Numbered from the stretch's first letter, positions 26,144 to 35,286 are shown. The stretch: DNA of 64,000 bases from a virus (IMGVR_UViG_3300016467_000502:12785-76784); one strand, 5' to 3'. Notes: generated by a model from the letters alone, not told the origin. Program-made: numbers and translations.

Positions 26144-27244
26144 ATGAAGAACGCATGGTTCCAATCAGGTAGCAACTTCTCTATTGATGAAGTCACCTCA
26201 CAACTTGACAAATTACCCGTTGCTGTATACAAACTACAGTACAATGAGATGATAAACAAGTATTACTTGACCCGCATCTCAGATAAGTTTGAGTTTCCTT
26301 ACAAACTCTACAACACAGAGAACAAGTTTGTTGACCGCGTCAAAAAGACCTGGGACAACACCACCGGCAACATGGGTATCCTGCTCAACGGCATCAAGGG
26401 TACAGGTAAAACCGTGACGGCAGAGTTGATCTGTAACATCATGGAACAGCCTGTGATCTTGATTCCTGCTGCATACAAAGGACTAACCAACTTCCTGAAC
26501 GAATTGCAACAGGACTGCACCATTTTTATCGACGAGTATGACAAGTTGTTTGACAAGTACAGCAACTCGTTGCTTACTGTGATGGATGGTGTACTGAAGA
26601 CCAACTCCCGCCTGTTATTCTTGCTGACCTCCAACAACCAATGGCTGGAGCAGAACATGATGCAACGTCCCAGCCGTATCCGCTACATCAAGCAGTATGG
26701 TGACCTTCCGTTAGAGACCATCATTGAGATCGTGGATGACATGTTGATTCACAAACACCACCGCAAACAGACCATTGCGATGATTGCCAGTATGCCGATC
26801 ATTACCATGGACTTGGTGAAGAGTGTGATCCAGGAGGTTAATATACACGACGAAGCACCTGAAGAGTTCAGAAGCTACTTCAATGTCAATGGAGAAAACG
26901 ACCGCACGGAGTACAACATCTACTACATCAATGAAGAAGGTCAGAAGGTGTTGCATACACCTAAAGCCACCATCAACATCAAGGCCATTAAGCCTGGTAT
27001 TGAAGGGTATGACTTTAGAATTGAAAGCGGTAGACCTACCGACCATCACCATACTGGTTACCAGGGTGAGGTCAAAAATGTAGTGGGTGAGAACCAGTTT
27101 TTGGTAGAAACCCGTGTTGAAGAACGCATCAGAACAACTGACCCGAACATGCCTGAAGAGACGAAAGAATACTACATCGACCGCATGTATATCCTTGAGC
27201 CTATCTCCAAGTACCACAATGTATTTAACGCCTATGCCTTCTAA
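26144..27244 (+). CDS. AAA+ ATPase, clamp-loader (RFC/gp44-like) candidate
   Basis: Walker A LLNGIKGTGKTV, Walker B IFIDEYDK, sensor-like LTSNN and an SRC-like box PSRIRYI. Start set at the MKNAWFQ... ATG after CCCTAACCCT. Confidence 0.5.
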   Translation: MKNAWFQSGSNFSIDEVTSQLDKLPVAVYKLQYNEMINKYYLTRISDKFEFPYKLYNTENKFVDRVKKTWDNTTGNMGILLNGIKGTGKTVTAELICNIMEQPVILIPAAYKGLTNFLNELQQDCTIFIDEYDKLFDKYSNSLLTVMDGVLKTNSRLLFLLTSNNQWLEQNMMQRPSRIRYIKQYGDLPLETIIEIVDDMLIHKHHRKQTIAMIASMPIITMDLVKSVIQEVNIHDEAPEEFRSYFNVNGENDRTEYNIYYINEEGQKVLHTPKATINIKAIKPGIEGYDFRIESGRPTDHHHTGYQGEVKNVVGENQFLVETRVEERIRTTDPNMPEETKEYYIDRMYILEPISKYHNVFNAYAF

Positions 27245-27650
27245 GAAAGAAAGACAAATCGTGCACAACTCCGTACTCTGTTTAGGATGCGGAGCGGTGC
27301 TCGTGTCTCACCACCGCCATGACTACAAGACTTGTGACTGCGAGAACAAAACCATGGTTGACGGAGGTAATGCCTATCTGAGATATGGTGGTGCAGATAT
27401 GACTAAAGTAGTGAGCACACCTGTGTTCTTAGATGAACCTTTTGAGAAGGTACGTCACTTTGCCAAACGCGGTGCACGCGGTAAAAACGGGGACCAACCC
27501 CTGACATGGATACCTATATCCGAACTGTCCAATAACCACCTTGCTGCTATACTTGAGTATGGAGGTGCAGACTGGCATCTGAAACTGATCGCCCAGGAGA
27601 TATCCTATCGCAAGCTGCATGGCATTGAGATAGCAGACAAAGAAGTTTAA
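27234..27650 (+). CDS. Cys/His-cluster protein
   Basis: MPSKKERQIV...CLGCGAVLVSHHRHDYKTCDCENK: putative zinc site. Confidence 0.45.
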   Translation: MPSKKERQIVHNSVLCLGCGAVLVSHHRHDYKTCDCENKTMVDGGNAYLRYGGADMTKVVSTPVFLDEPFEKVRHFAKRGARGKNGDQPLTWIPISELSNNHLAAILEYGGADWHLKLIAQEISYRKLHGIEIADKEV

Positions 27651-27668
27651 CCCAATATCATTTAAACC

Positions 27669-28085
27669 ATGAGAGTTTCAAGGTCTGAATCCGTGGAGAA
27701 CTATGCAAAGTTCATCCAGGAAGTTTACGAATTGACACATAAAGCGCCAGTCAGGGTTCCCCTTCACGCACTGGCCAGAAAGCACCGCATTTCACAGATG
27801 GTATCCACTGCGTTACAGCAGGAAGGATCACTGCGCAGAGGTAAGCTAAACACCTATCGTTGGATGGGCCCCGCTCCTACTCCTACCTACACAGCGGGAA
27901 TTCGCAACAGTGTAATGGTGTATCATAAAGAGAGCAGCAAAAAGAATAAAGCTGAACGCATGAAAAACCAAGCGACATTGAACCTGGCACCGGAAACTGC
28001 AGTAACACCGACCGTTACCAGAACCAAGTACAAGAGAAAGAAAAACATCTCTTTGTTCTGGGGTCTTATCAAGTTCAGTTACTGA
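27669..28085 (+). CDS. hypothetical protein
   Basis: 138 aa with a basic C-terminus. Confidence 0.5.
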   Translation: MRVSRSESVENYAKFIQEVYELTHKAPVRVPLHALARKHRISQMVSTALQQEGSLRRGKLNTYRWMGPAPTPTYTAGIRNSVMVYHKESSKKNKAERMKNQATLNLAPETAVTPTVTRTKYKRKKNISLFWGLIKFSY

Positions 28086-28086
28086 T

Positions 28087-28293
28087 ATGTTTGAAGAGAA
28101 TCAATGGTGGGGTTACCGCCACACTTCTGGTTCTTTACAAGCTAAGCGTTATTGGGGACCTCTTGACATTCAAGAAGCTCAAGAGAGTCCCTTCTGCGCT
28201 GCTGTCGTAGGACCATTTTGGGCGTCTGACAGAGAAGATGCCCTCAAGAAAGTTGAATTAATGACCAACACCTATGGAAAGAATCCCCTTTGA
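28087..28293 (+). CDS. hypothetical protein
   Basis: 68 aa ORF. Confidence 0.4.
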   Translation: MFEENQWWGYRHTSGSLQAKRYWGPLDIQEAQESPFCAAVVGPFWASDREDALKKVELMTNTYGKNPL

Positions 28294-28801
28294 CTATGAC
28301 AAATATAGTGCTGACCGCAACGCATGGAAAGTGTTTACAAATAATGACACTTTGGTAGCGTTTGTGATTAAATCATCTGATAAGGATGAAATTTACCCTT
28401 ACTACGGGATAGTTGTAGATGAAGACGGTGCGCCTAGTCCTGAAACGTGGAATACAAAAGGCTGGTACACTACGGAAAGCGAAAAACACCGCTTGAGCTT
28501 AAAAGACATGGAGTATATAGGCAAAGAAAAGCCTGTGGAAACCAAGGTTGTAAGCTCCCTGACACCAAGGTTACGCAACATCTATTACAGCCGTCTCACT
28601 AACTCTGTAGTCATGGGTACCAAGACTCATGAAACCTGGATAGAAGCAATGGAATATGCCAACCGAACATGCTTACACCAAAAGAATTTAGAGCACCTGT
28701 GCATTTCCAGCCTGGAAGAACACCCGCAGATCAGAGAGATACTGATTGCTAAAGGTTTAACAGAAGTTATTGTAGATCCTGAACTTCAAGAAACAGAATA
28801 A
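28274..28801 (+). CDS. hypothetical protein
   Basis: 175 aa ORF. Confidence 0.5.
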   Translation: MERIPFDYDKYSADRNAWKVFTNNDTLVAFVIKSSDKDEIYPYYGIVVDEDGAPSPETWNTKGWYTTESEKHRLSLKDMEYIGKEKPVETKVVSSLTPRLRNIYYSRLTNSVVMGTKTHETWIEAMEYANRTCLHQKNLEHLCISSLEEHPQIREILIAKGLTEVIVDPELQETE

Positions 28802-28819
28802 TCATTAAAACTTAGCAAA

Positions 28820-29215
28820 TTGTCGCATCCTTTACACCACGCTATTTCTTCAGCCCGCAAGTTTGGAGGAACATTTGAAGCATACCTTCCACTCCATAAC
28901 TGGTTTGATGAGACGAAAGCTCACTACCCTGACATGCGCCACCGTGCGCTACGACACCACTCAGAAGGCATCTTCTGGGCGGAAAAAGAGTTTGGTGTAT
29001 ACATCACCAACTCTGATGGCAAAATGGTCCCTACCCGTGCTGTAGGTGAACAACATGTCCTAGAGGACATTGGGTTTATTCCCACAATTAAAGACTACCT
29101 GGACTGCATGGAGCAGAAAGGGTGGATGTACAAGCCCGGAGAAGGGCGCAAGGTCCTGAAAGAAATCGCCCAGGATAAATCAGATTATGTTCAACCAACA
29201 GCAAAATTACCATGA
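28820..29215 (+). CDS. hypothetical protein (TTG start as called; true start uncertain)
   Basis: 131 aa ORF. Confidence 0.4.
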   Translation: MSHPLHHAISSARKFGGTFEAYLPLHNWFDETKAHYPDMRHRALRHHSEGIFWAEKEFGVYITNSDGKMVPTRAVGEQHVLEDIGFIPTIKDYLDCMEQKGWMYKPGEGRKVLKEIAQDKSDYVQPTAKLP

Positions 29216-29907
29216 GTGAAAAAACTTTTTCAATCCAGCAAATCATTGACTGGTGTGACAAGATGACCGCAGAAGACAAGCGACCTATCCTTAAGTGGGA
29301 AGGTGGCGGTGACTCTGGCTGGGTTTATATGGAAGATGAAGAGGGCAATCGTTATGATGACCAGAAAGAAGCAGAGCATTTGGTCAACGAAATGTATGAC
29401 ACGCTGGACTATGGATCATGGGCCGGTGAGTTCAGTGCCAACGGTGAAGCCATGTACAATGCAGAAACAAAGTGTTTTGAAGGTACTGACTACTACAGCG
29501 AAGAAGAACGCGAATCGTGCGATGCCAACATCCGCATTGAAATTCCAGCGTTCATTCCGTTTGACCGTTTAGAGATTGAGACAGAAGGTGAAGAAAACGT
29601 AAGTGTTAACTGTGCGCTTGCGCTAGATAACGGTTATGTTCACCCTGCTTCTCATGATGTTATGACGGCTTTAGAAAAGCAGCTTAGTGAAGAAATATCA
29701 TCAGCCATTGACACATATGAAGGTCCTGATGAATTCAGCAGCGCATATAGTCATTACGTAATTGACCGTAACGATTTTAAGCGTGAAGGTGATATGATGG
29801 TGTACAACCTAAAGGATGTTGAGTTTAGCGTTCATAACACTGTAGACAAAGACATAATGATTGACCTTAAAGAACTTTTAGAAAATGAGCAAGACCTCAA
29901 CAATTAA
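29212..29907 (+). CDS. hypothetical acidic protein
   Basis: 231 aa; ATGA-coupled. Confidence 0.5.
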   Translation: MSEKTFSIQQIIDWCDKMTAEDKRPILKWEGGGDSGWVYMEDEEGNRYDDQKEAEHLVNEMYDTLDYGSWAGEFSANGEAMYNAETKCFEGTDYYSEEERESCDANIRIEIPAFIPFDRLEIETEGEENVSVNCALALDNGYVHPASHDVMTALEKQLSEEISSAIDTYEGPDEFSSAYSHYVIDRNDFKREGDMMVYNLKDVEFSVHNTVDKDIMIDLKELLENEQDLNN

Positions 29908-30628
29908 TTACAGCCAGCTTGAGTATAACATTAATCGCATAGGGGGATTCTCTTTCCCCCTTGCGATGAGTATCTGGAAAACTCAACACAAAACTTTTGA
30001 CAAATTTGAAAGTGTGACCCGCGCTAACTATGAAGGTACAGACTTTAGCGATTACTTTGATGTAGTGCGTAAAGCCTGGGACAGCACCCCTGAATTGACA
30101 GTGAAGCAGGCGTTCACTGCTACCAACATTGAGCACCGTCGTGTGATGTTTAATGTTATGGGTGTGGATAACCTGATGGCAAGCCTGAAGCCTCAACTAA
30201 TTGACCGGCAGACCATTACCCGCGATAACCTGGTATTTGACAACGATGGTAACAAACGCATTGAGACAATGATCGACACTTATGAGCTGTACAAGATTGA
30301 TGGTGACCGATTGTTTGAGGGTGCTACCAACCCTAATCGTTGGGCTCGCGAACGTGATAACAGTGTGTATGCGGTAAAATGCAAAGATGCATCAACGGAA
30401 CGCGAGTACTGGATCTATGTGACAGAAGAAGCTGCCAATGGTAAAAATGCTTTGGAAGCAATTGCCTGGACCTATCAGATGAAGAGCGGAGTAAATACTG
30501 AAGAGGTATACCGCCAAGGTGAGGTCATCATTGCCAAGCATGGTAATGCGATAGAGCCTAACCATTGGGGAAGGTTCTATCACATGACCAAAGAAGAATA
30601 TCTAACCAAGATCAAAGCTCAGAGCTAA
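29885..30628 (+). CDS. hypothetical protein
   Basis: 247 aa ORF. Confidence 0.5.
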   Translation: MSKTSTINYSQLEYNINRIGGFSFPLAMSIWKTQHKTFDKFESVTRANYEGTDFSDYFDVVRKAWDSTPELTVKQAFTATNIEHRRVMFNVMGVDNLMASLKPQLIDRQTITRDNLVFDNDGNKRIETMIDTYELYKIDGDRLFEGATNPNRWARERDNSVYAVKCKDASTEREYWIYVTEEAANGKNALEAIAWTYQMKSGVNTEEVYRQGEVIIAKHGNAIEPNHWGRFYHMTKEEYLTKIKAQS

Positions 30629-30906
30629 TGAGAAAGCTATACGAAAACAAAGACAATAAGCTGGCTCTTGCCATGGGCAGAACCGGCAACGGACACATAC
30701 TGAGCAGCATCAGCGGCAAAAAGACCATTGAATGGACAGAAACCGTTGATCGTCAGACGAATACAGTAGAATTTAGGCTGACTGAACCTGCCATTCTTCT
30801 TCATCCTGAGCACTCACCAATTGTGCTTGAGCCAGGGGTGTACACTCGCACCTTACAGGTGGAGTTCAACCCCTTTGACAGAACTGTAGGTTACATTTTT
30901 GACTAA
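30628..30906 (+). CDS. hypothetical protein
   Basis: Internal ATG at 30628 (MRKLYENK...) abuts the upstream stop (TAATG). Confidence 0.45.
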   Translation: MRKLYENKDNKLALAMGRTGNGHILSSISGKKTIEWTETVDRQTNTVEFRLTEPAILLHPEHSPIVLEPGVYTRTLQVEFNPFDRTVGYIFD

Positions 30907-30910
30907 AAAT

Positions 30911-30965
30911 TTTGCACAAACATTTTGTAGATGTGCAAAATCTTGTTGTAATATTGTAGACCTCT
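30911..30965. promoter_or_regulatory. promoter region with TTTGCACAAA/TGTGCAAAA inverted repeat flanking TTTGTAGA, plus ATTGTAGACCTCTA
   Basis: tttgcacaaacattttgtagatgtgcaaaatcttgttgtaatattgtagacctcta. Confidence 0.4.
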
Positions 30966-31433
30966 ATGAACACCACGCTGAAGCGCGCCCTCTATCTAGA
31001 TGATGTGCGCACCCCAACCGTTACCCTGGAAGGCTTTGCGCCATTTACAGTGGTAAGAAACTATGACGAGTTTGTCGGGCACATCCAATCCTTTGGAGTG
31101 CCTGACCTTATATCTTTTGACCACGACCTGGCTGATGAGCACATGAATGATTACTGGGAGAACCAGTACAAGGGGAACCCCGTGGTTGAATATGACAAGT
31201 TTACTGAAAAGACAGGCCTTGATTGCATCAAGTGGCTGTGTAACTACATCCTTGATGAGTATGAAAAAGGTAATACTATTCCTATGCCTACTGTGTGTGT
31301 GCATAGCCATAACCCTGTGGGTGGTGCGAACATACATAACTATGCAAATAGTTTCTGCGCATCCATGGGCTGGCCTGATATTGCTTCTTTTGTGAGAATA
31401 CCGTTTGAAATTCAAACCAAGATAGAACCATGA
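30966..31433 (+). CDS. hypothetical protein
   Basis: 155 aa ORF. Confidence 0.5.
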   Translation: MNTTLKRALYLDDVRTPTVTLEGFAPFTVVRNYDEFVGHIQSFGVPDLISFDHDLADEHMNDYWENQYKGNPVVEYDKFTEKTGLDCIKWLCNYILDEYEKGNTIPMPTVCVHSHNPVGGANIHNYANSFCASMGWPDIASFVRIPFEIQTKIEP

Positions 31434-31603
31434 TCAACAAACCTGTCCTCAAAGCTCTGGTATTCCTGGTCATCAACGTTGTGTTGATGCTGGTGTGGCT
31501 CAGAGTATTCAAAAGTCCCTTACCCTTTCTGGGCTGGGCGTGTATCATCCTGCACGTAGGCGCTCTGTTAAGTGTCAACTGGATGAAGATCCTTAGTAAG
31601 TAA
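31430..31603 (+). CDS. small membrane protein (57 aa)
   Basis: Hand-translated MINKPVLKALVFLVINVVLMLVWL...; ATGA-coupled. Confidence 0.4.
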   Translation: MINKPVLKALVFLVINVVLMLVWLRVFKSPLPFLGWACIILHVGALLSVNWMKILSK

Positions 31604-31619
31604 TTAATTCAAAAACCAA

Positions 31620-32396
31620 ATGAAAAAGTTAGTATTCTTTTTTGCCTTAGTGGCAGTTGTATTTACAGCATGTAACCCTGTTCAACCCAACTTTGAAGGG
31701 GTGTTGATGCAAAACTATGGCCGCAATGGTGTGGCTGATTTCTCTATTGTGACTGGTACGCAAGGCATGTTAGGACCTGGTTCTGAGTTGTACCAGGTGC
31801 CTATGTATGAGCAGACCGCTGACCCACAGCAAGTGACCATTACTGCAAAGGATGCAGGTGTATTTACCGTTGACCCTATGTATACGCATGAAGCGTTACG
31901 CGGTAAGGGTATTGACATCGTGTTCAACTACAAACACGTAGGATTGGATGATAAGTTAGACAACCTAGAGAACATGATCCTTAGCCCTATTGTAATCAAT
32001 GCTTTCAGAGAAGAGGCCAGAAACTTTACCACTGACTCACTCATGAACCATCTGAACGCATTTGAATCAAACGTGCAAGCTCGTCTGCAGAAAGAGTTTG
32101 AAAATAAGTTCTTCAAGCTTAACTCATTGACATCAGGATTGACTCCTCCTGCATCTATGGCAGATGCTATTGAGAAGCGTAACAACCAGAAGCAGATGGC
32201 AGAGCAGGTTCGCAATGAGCTTGAGGTAGCCCGCATGCAGAAAGAGAAAGCGCAGATTGAACAAGAGACCAACCGCATCAAGTCTCAGGGTTTGACCAAA
32301 GAGATCTTGACAGAGCGTTACATTGACGCGTTGCGTTGGAGTAACAACAGAATCATCATTACAGACGGCAAGACCCCTGTGATGTTGAATCAATAA
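31620..32396 (+). CDS. SPFH/band-7 domain lipoprotein
   Basis: Lipobox VVFTAC; VTITAKDAGVFTVDPMYTH and a C-terminal coiled coil, then RYIDALRWSNNRIII, typical of the SPFH family. Confidence 0.5.
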   Translation: MKKLVFFFALVAVVFTACNPVQPNFEGVLMQNYGRNGVADFSIVTGTQGMLGPGSELYQVPMYEQTADPQQVTITAKDAGVFTVDPMYTHEALRGKGIDIVFNYKHVGLDDKLDNLENMILSPIVINAFREEARNFTTDSLMNHLNAFESNVQARLQKEFENKFFKLNSLTSGLTPPASMADAIEKRNNQKQMAEQVRNELEVARMQKEKAQIEQETNRIKSQGLTKEILTERYIDALRWSNNRIIITDGKTPVMLNQ

Positions 32397-32413
32397 GGTG
32401 TAGCGCTACGCCC

Positions 32414-32485
32414 GCGTCCATAGTGCAACGGTAGCATGACGGTCTCCAAAACCGTTGGTCCTGGTTCGAATCCAGGTGGGCGTGC
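32414..32485 (+). tRNA. tRNA-Trp (anticodon CCA)
   Basis: Acceptor gcgtcca/tgggcgt, D stem gtgc/gcat, anticodon arm acggt-ctCCAaa-accgt, T arm cctgg-ttcgaat-ccagg. Confidence 0.75.
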
Positions 32486-33355
32486 AACAACGTTCTTTGA
32501 CATATACTCTTTCATGTACAATAGTACCAAACAAACCTCCGCGTGTGCTGACACAGAGATCAGATGTGAGGGAGCGGTTCCCACAGTTCAATGTACTCTT
32601 TATCCAGTAAGCGCTATATCCGCTGAACCATCATTGAGTGCCTTCCCAGCCGCAGGGTAGAACAAGCAGGAGATTGATCAGGGAAATGTAACATGAAAGA
32701 TGAGATTAAGGAGTGAGTTAAAAGACCAACAAGAGGAAAATGATCACCCAGATGGTACCGAGTAGGTGTATCTGTAGTACTCTTAACGCGATTGAAGCAA
32801 CACCTCCTCAGGTTTATACATGGTTGACAACAATAGTCCGAGCTATCTTCAAGCGGGTGTGATTAACCCGTGGCTCCGCGTGAATACTAAATCATAGAGA
32901 TCACAGACTAGAACAAGGCGCACCGCTTGAAGAGCGGTTTAATACAACTAAACAAACGCCAAGTTCCGTTGTCATCCATGTACAGGCTACGCAGTACAGA
33001 TAGCAGGCCGGGTAGCTCCCGGTCGCCCCAGTTGAACAAAAGTCCAGGTAAGATGCGCATAATCCTGGTGCGCTATAGTACTGGGTTCTGTACTGCATCC
33101 ACACAGTCAGGCTGCGAGTAATCAGCAGTAAGGAGGCAAGATAATGAGCATATAAAAGGATTGCCTAAGGTATAAGCGGTTGCGCGGAAGCATAAGTTTC
33201 ACCGTTATAGCCTTTCCCGTGAGTGCTCTGCGTAGGGTTGCGCCCTACCCTGACTGCTAAGTGTTGTTCCCTTGAGAAAGGAATAGATAAAGGAGGATAA
33301 GCTGCTTTCAAAAGCATTGTATCTCACAACACAGAGGACTTCTCATCCTCAACAT

Positions 33356-33437
33356 AGTCAGGTGACTGAATTGGTTAAGGTTGCCTCCCGCTGATGACGG
33401 GATAGAGTATATACAGGTTCGAATCCTGTCCTGACTA
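33356..33437 (+). tRNA. tRNA-like unit A (Ile-like anticodon arm GAT; noncanonical 3-nt insertion before anticodon stem and 10-nt variable region)
   Basis: Acceptor agtcagg/cctgact, D act-gaattggttaa-ggt, anticodon arm tcccg-ctGATga-cggga, T arm acagg-ttcgaat-cctgt; 82 nt. Confidence 0.45.
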
Positions 33438-33491
33438 CCGTAGGTTTATTTGAGAGTAAAGACCTATTCAAAAATCTTAATAACTCTTGTT

Positions 33492-33564
33492 AGTCAGGTG
33501 GCGGAATTGGCAGACGCACTGGGAATAAAATCCTTGGGTACAGGTTCGAATCCTGTCCTGACTA
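33492..33564 (+). tRNA. tRNA-like unit B (Leu-type D arm, anticodon TAA position but A33 and 3-bp anticodon stem, no long variable arm; likely degenerate)
   Basis: Same acceptor and T arm as unit A; D arm gcg-gaattggcaga-cgc; loop aaTAAaa. Confidence 0.35.
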
Positions 33565-33685
33565 CAACAGCTCTTAACGTAAGAGAACGAAACATAGATT
33601 TGGCATCCCATAAGAACTGCTCGCTCAAAATCTCTAAATCGTTAGTTAGCAATGTTTGTGACTCATTAATGTAAAAGTCACACAT

Positions 33686-33793
33686 AGTCAGAGAAGCATG
33701 ATTAGGTTATATGCCCCACCTGGGTTGAAGGCTGGTAACTTCATTAAACAGATGCCGCATGGGAGATAGCAGGTTCGAATCCTGTCCTGACTA
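33686..33793 (+). ncRNA. tRNA-like unit C (108 nt; extra hairpin and an 8-nt anticodon-like loop gctGGTaa; not a canonical tRNA)
   Basis: Acceptor agtcaga/cctgact (6 of 7 bp), D-like gcat-gattaggttat-atgc, stem tgaag/cttca, identical 3' half. Confidence 0.3.
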
Positions 33794-33875
33794 CAAACTT
33801 ATGTTTGCATACAGAGTAATCTGTCGTCAAAGTCCTGAGCATATTGACGTTAAAGACTTTAAACTGCTTAAACAT

Positions 33876-33957
33876 AGTCAGGTGGCGGAATGGCAGACGC
33901 TGATGTAGATGAAGCATGGTAAGTTCATCCTTACAGGTTCGAATCCTGTCCTGACTA
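33876..33957 (+). tRNA. tRNA-like unit D (Leu-type D arm; anticodon loop agatgaa lacks U33; noncanonical)
   Basis: Acceptor agtcagg/cctgact, D arm gcg-gaatggcaga-cgc, class II length of 82 nt, identical 3' half. Confidence 0.35.
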
Positions 33958-34085
33958 CGAATGTGGTTCAACTCCACTCGTTGACTGAGGTTATGGTAAG
34001 TAGGTGTGCCAAGGTTCGAGCCCTTGGGTCTGGTGACAGATGATGGTAGACACGAACAGTCTGACTGCAGGGAAAGACCTGTCAG

Positions 34086-34168
34086 GCCCAAGTGGTGGAA
34101 TTGGTAGACACACACGTCTCAGAAGCGTGTATCCAAAAGATGTGCAGGTTCGAGTCCTGTCCTGGGCA
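34086..34168 (+). tRNA. tRNA-Leu (anticodon CAG), class II
   Basis: Acceptor gcccaag/cctgggc, D arm gtg-gaattggtaga-cac, anticodon arm cacgt-ctCAGaa-gcgtg, 14-nt variable arm, T arm gcagg-ttcgagt-cctgt. Confidence 0.8.
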
Positions 34169-34170
34169 CT

Positions 34171-34404
34171 ATGAAAAAATGTTTTTACTGTGAGCGCAAG
34201 CTCCCCCTGTTCATGTTTCCATTGAACAGACGTGCCTATCAACGCCCTGAAGATAAGGGCCGGTGCAAATCATGTCACATATGCAACTACAAGTCCTGGT
34301 CTCGCCAGGGTTTTGCGTGGTTGTTCAATCTTAACACGAACAAGTTTGAACGTGTGGAGTTTAAATCTAAGTTGGACGTTATCAGAAAAATACTATGGAG
34401 GTAA
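34171..34404 (+). CDS. small zinc-ribbon protein
   Basis: CFYCERK...CKSCHIC gives two CxxC pairs. Confidence 0.45.
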   Translation: MKKCFYCERKLPLFMFPLNRRAYQRPEDKGRCKSCHICNYKSWSRQGFAWLFNLNTNKFERVEFKSKLDVIRKILWR

Positions 34405-34946
34405 AAGAATTTGAGAGTTATCTCACCATGGATGAGTTGGCAAACTTCAAGAAAAATGTTGAAGAAAAAAAGCTTATAAAGTACCATGAATATATACAAC
34501 TCAAAGATGCTAAGAATGTAATTGCAGGAGCTTTTGGATGGGCTGATTCAGAGCAAGGACATGCTTATTGGTCTGAGATACAGAATCGTTTAACAAAAGG
34601 TGAGCCACTGACATCAGGCTACCTAAAAGGTCATAAATACATGCGGTACTTCACCGCTGATCAATGGAGTGAACTGTGCACCATTGCCATGGAGTTTTTA
34701 GGTATTGAACTATACAGCAAGTGGATGGAAGGTACGTACACAAACATGACCAACTTTCTTGGCTGTGGTATTCCTACCAGTAAACAGTCCAAGTTTGTCA
34801 ACAACATCCGGGTGGCTGACAGTAAATCCTACCGTATGTCCAGAGGCTACCAGGTAACGCCCGGTGAGTTTCTGACCAAGGTAGAAATAGACAGAGACAC
34901 ATATACCTCAACAACACGCATACACGAGACCTATGAGATACGTTAA
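34395..34946 (+). CDS. hypothetical protein
   Basis: 183 aa ORF. Confidence 0.5.
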   Translation: MEVKEFESYLTMDELANFKKNVEEKKLIKYHEYIQLKDAKNVIAGAFGWADSEQGHAYWSEIQNRLTKGEPLTSGYLKGHKYMRYFTADQWSELCTIAMEFLGIELYSKWMEGTYTNMTNFLGCGIPTSKQSKFVNNIRVADSKSYRMSRGYQVTPGEFLTKVEIDRDTYTSTTRIHETYEIR

Positions 34947-35286
34947 AGGCAAGCTGACTAAGACCAGCAACAACGAATGGGTGTTCATCACCCGCTTGAC
35001 AACTAAAGACAGTAAGTCTGAACTGAGCAGGGTGCAATCCTACCCTATCACACCCCTTGACGAAGAAGTGGTCCGCTATCATGAGCAGGATCTGAGAACT
35101 TCTCACAACATGGAATACCGTGGTGAGAGCATGAGAGCTGAGCTCAAAGACTATTGGAGTTCTCCAGACGGCAAGTACACAGAGCTGCATCCATCGGAGA
35201 GCTTCAGAAAATTTGCTAACAAAAAAACATTTGCTAAACTGATTTATACAGATAATGAAGATCAACATCAAGAAACTGCACCCTGA
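34933..35286 (+). CDS. hypothetical protein
   Basis: 117 aa ORF. Confidence 0.5.
   Translation: MRYVKGKLTKTSNNEWVFITRLTTKDSKSELSRVQSYPITPLDEEVVRYHEQDLRTSHNMEYRGESMRAELKDYWSSPDGKYTELHPSESFRKFANKKTFAKLIYTDNEDQHQETAP

Noticed and set aside
33356-33957. Possible CRISPR array, suggested by repeated 23-mers with variable intervening sequence
   Set aside because: Repeats are tRNA T-arm plus acceptor halves (GGTTCGAATCC) paired with upstream complementary AGTCAGG. Unit lengths are irregular (73-108 nt). No cas genes and no leader.
33960-34035. Additional tRNA at ccaaggttcgagcccttgg
   Set aside because: T-arm-like hairpin present, but no complementary 5' acceptor strand (ccagacc or G-U variants) within tRNA distance. 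Left as part of the tRNA-like finding rather than called as a gene.
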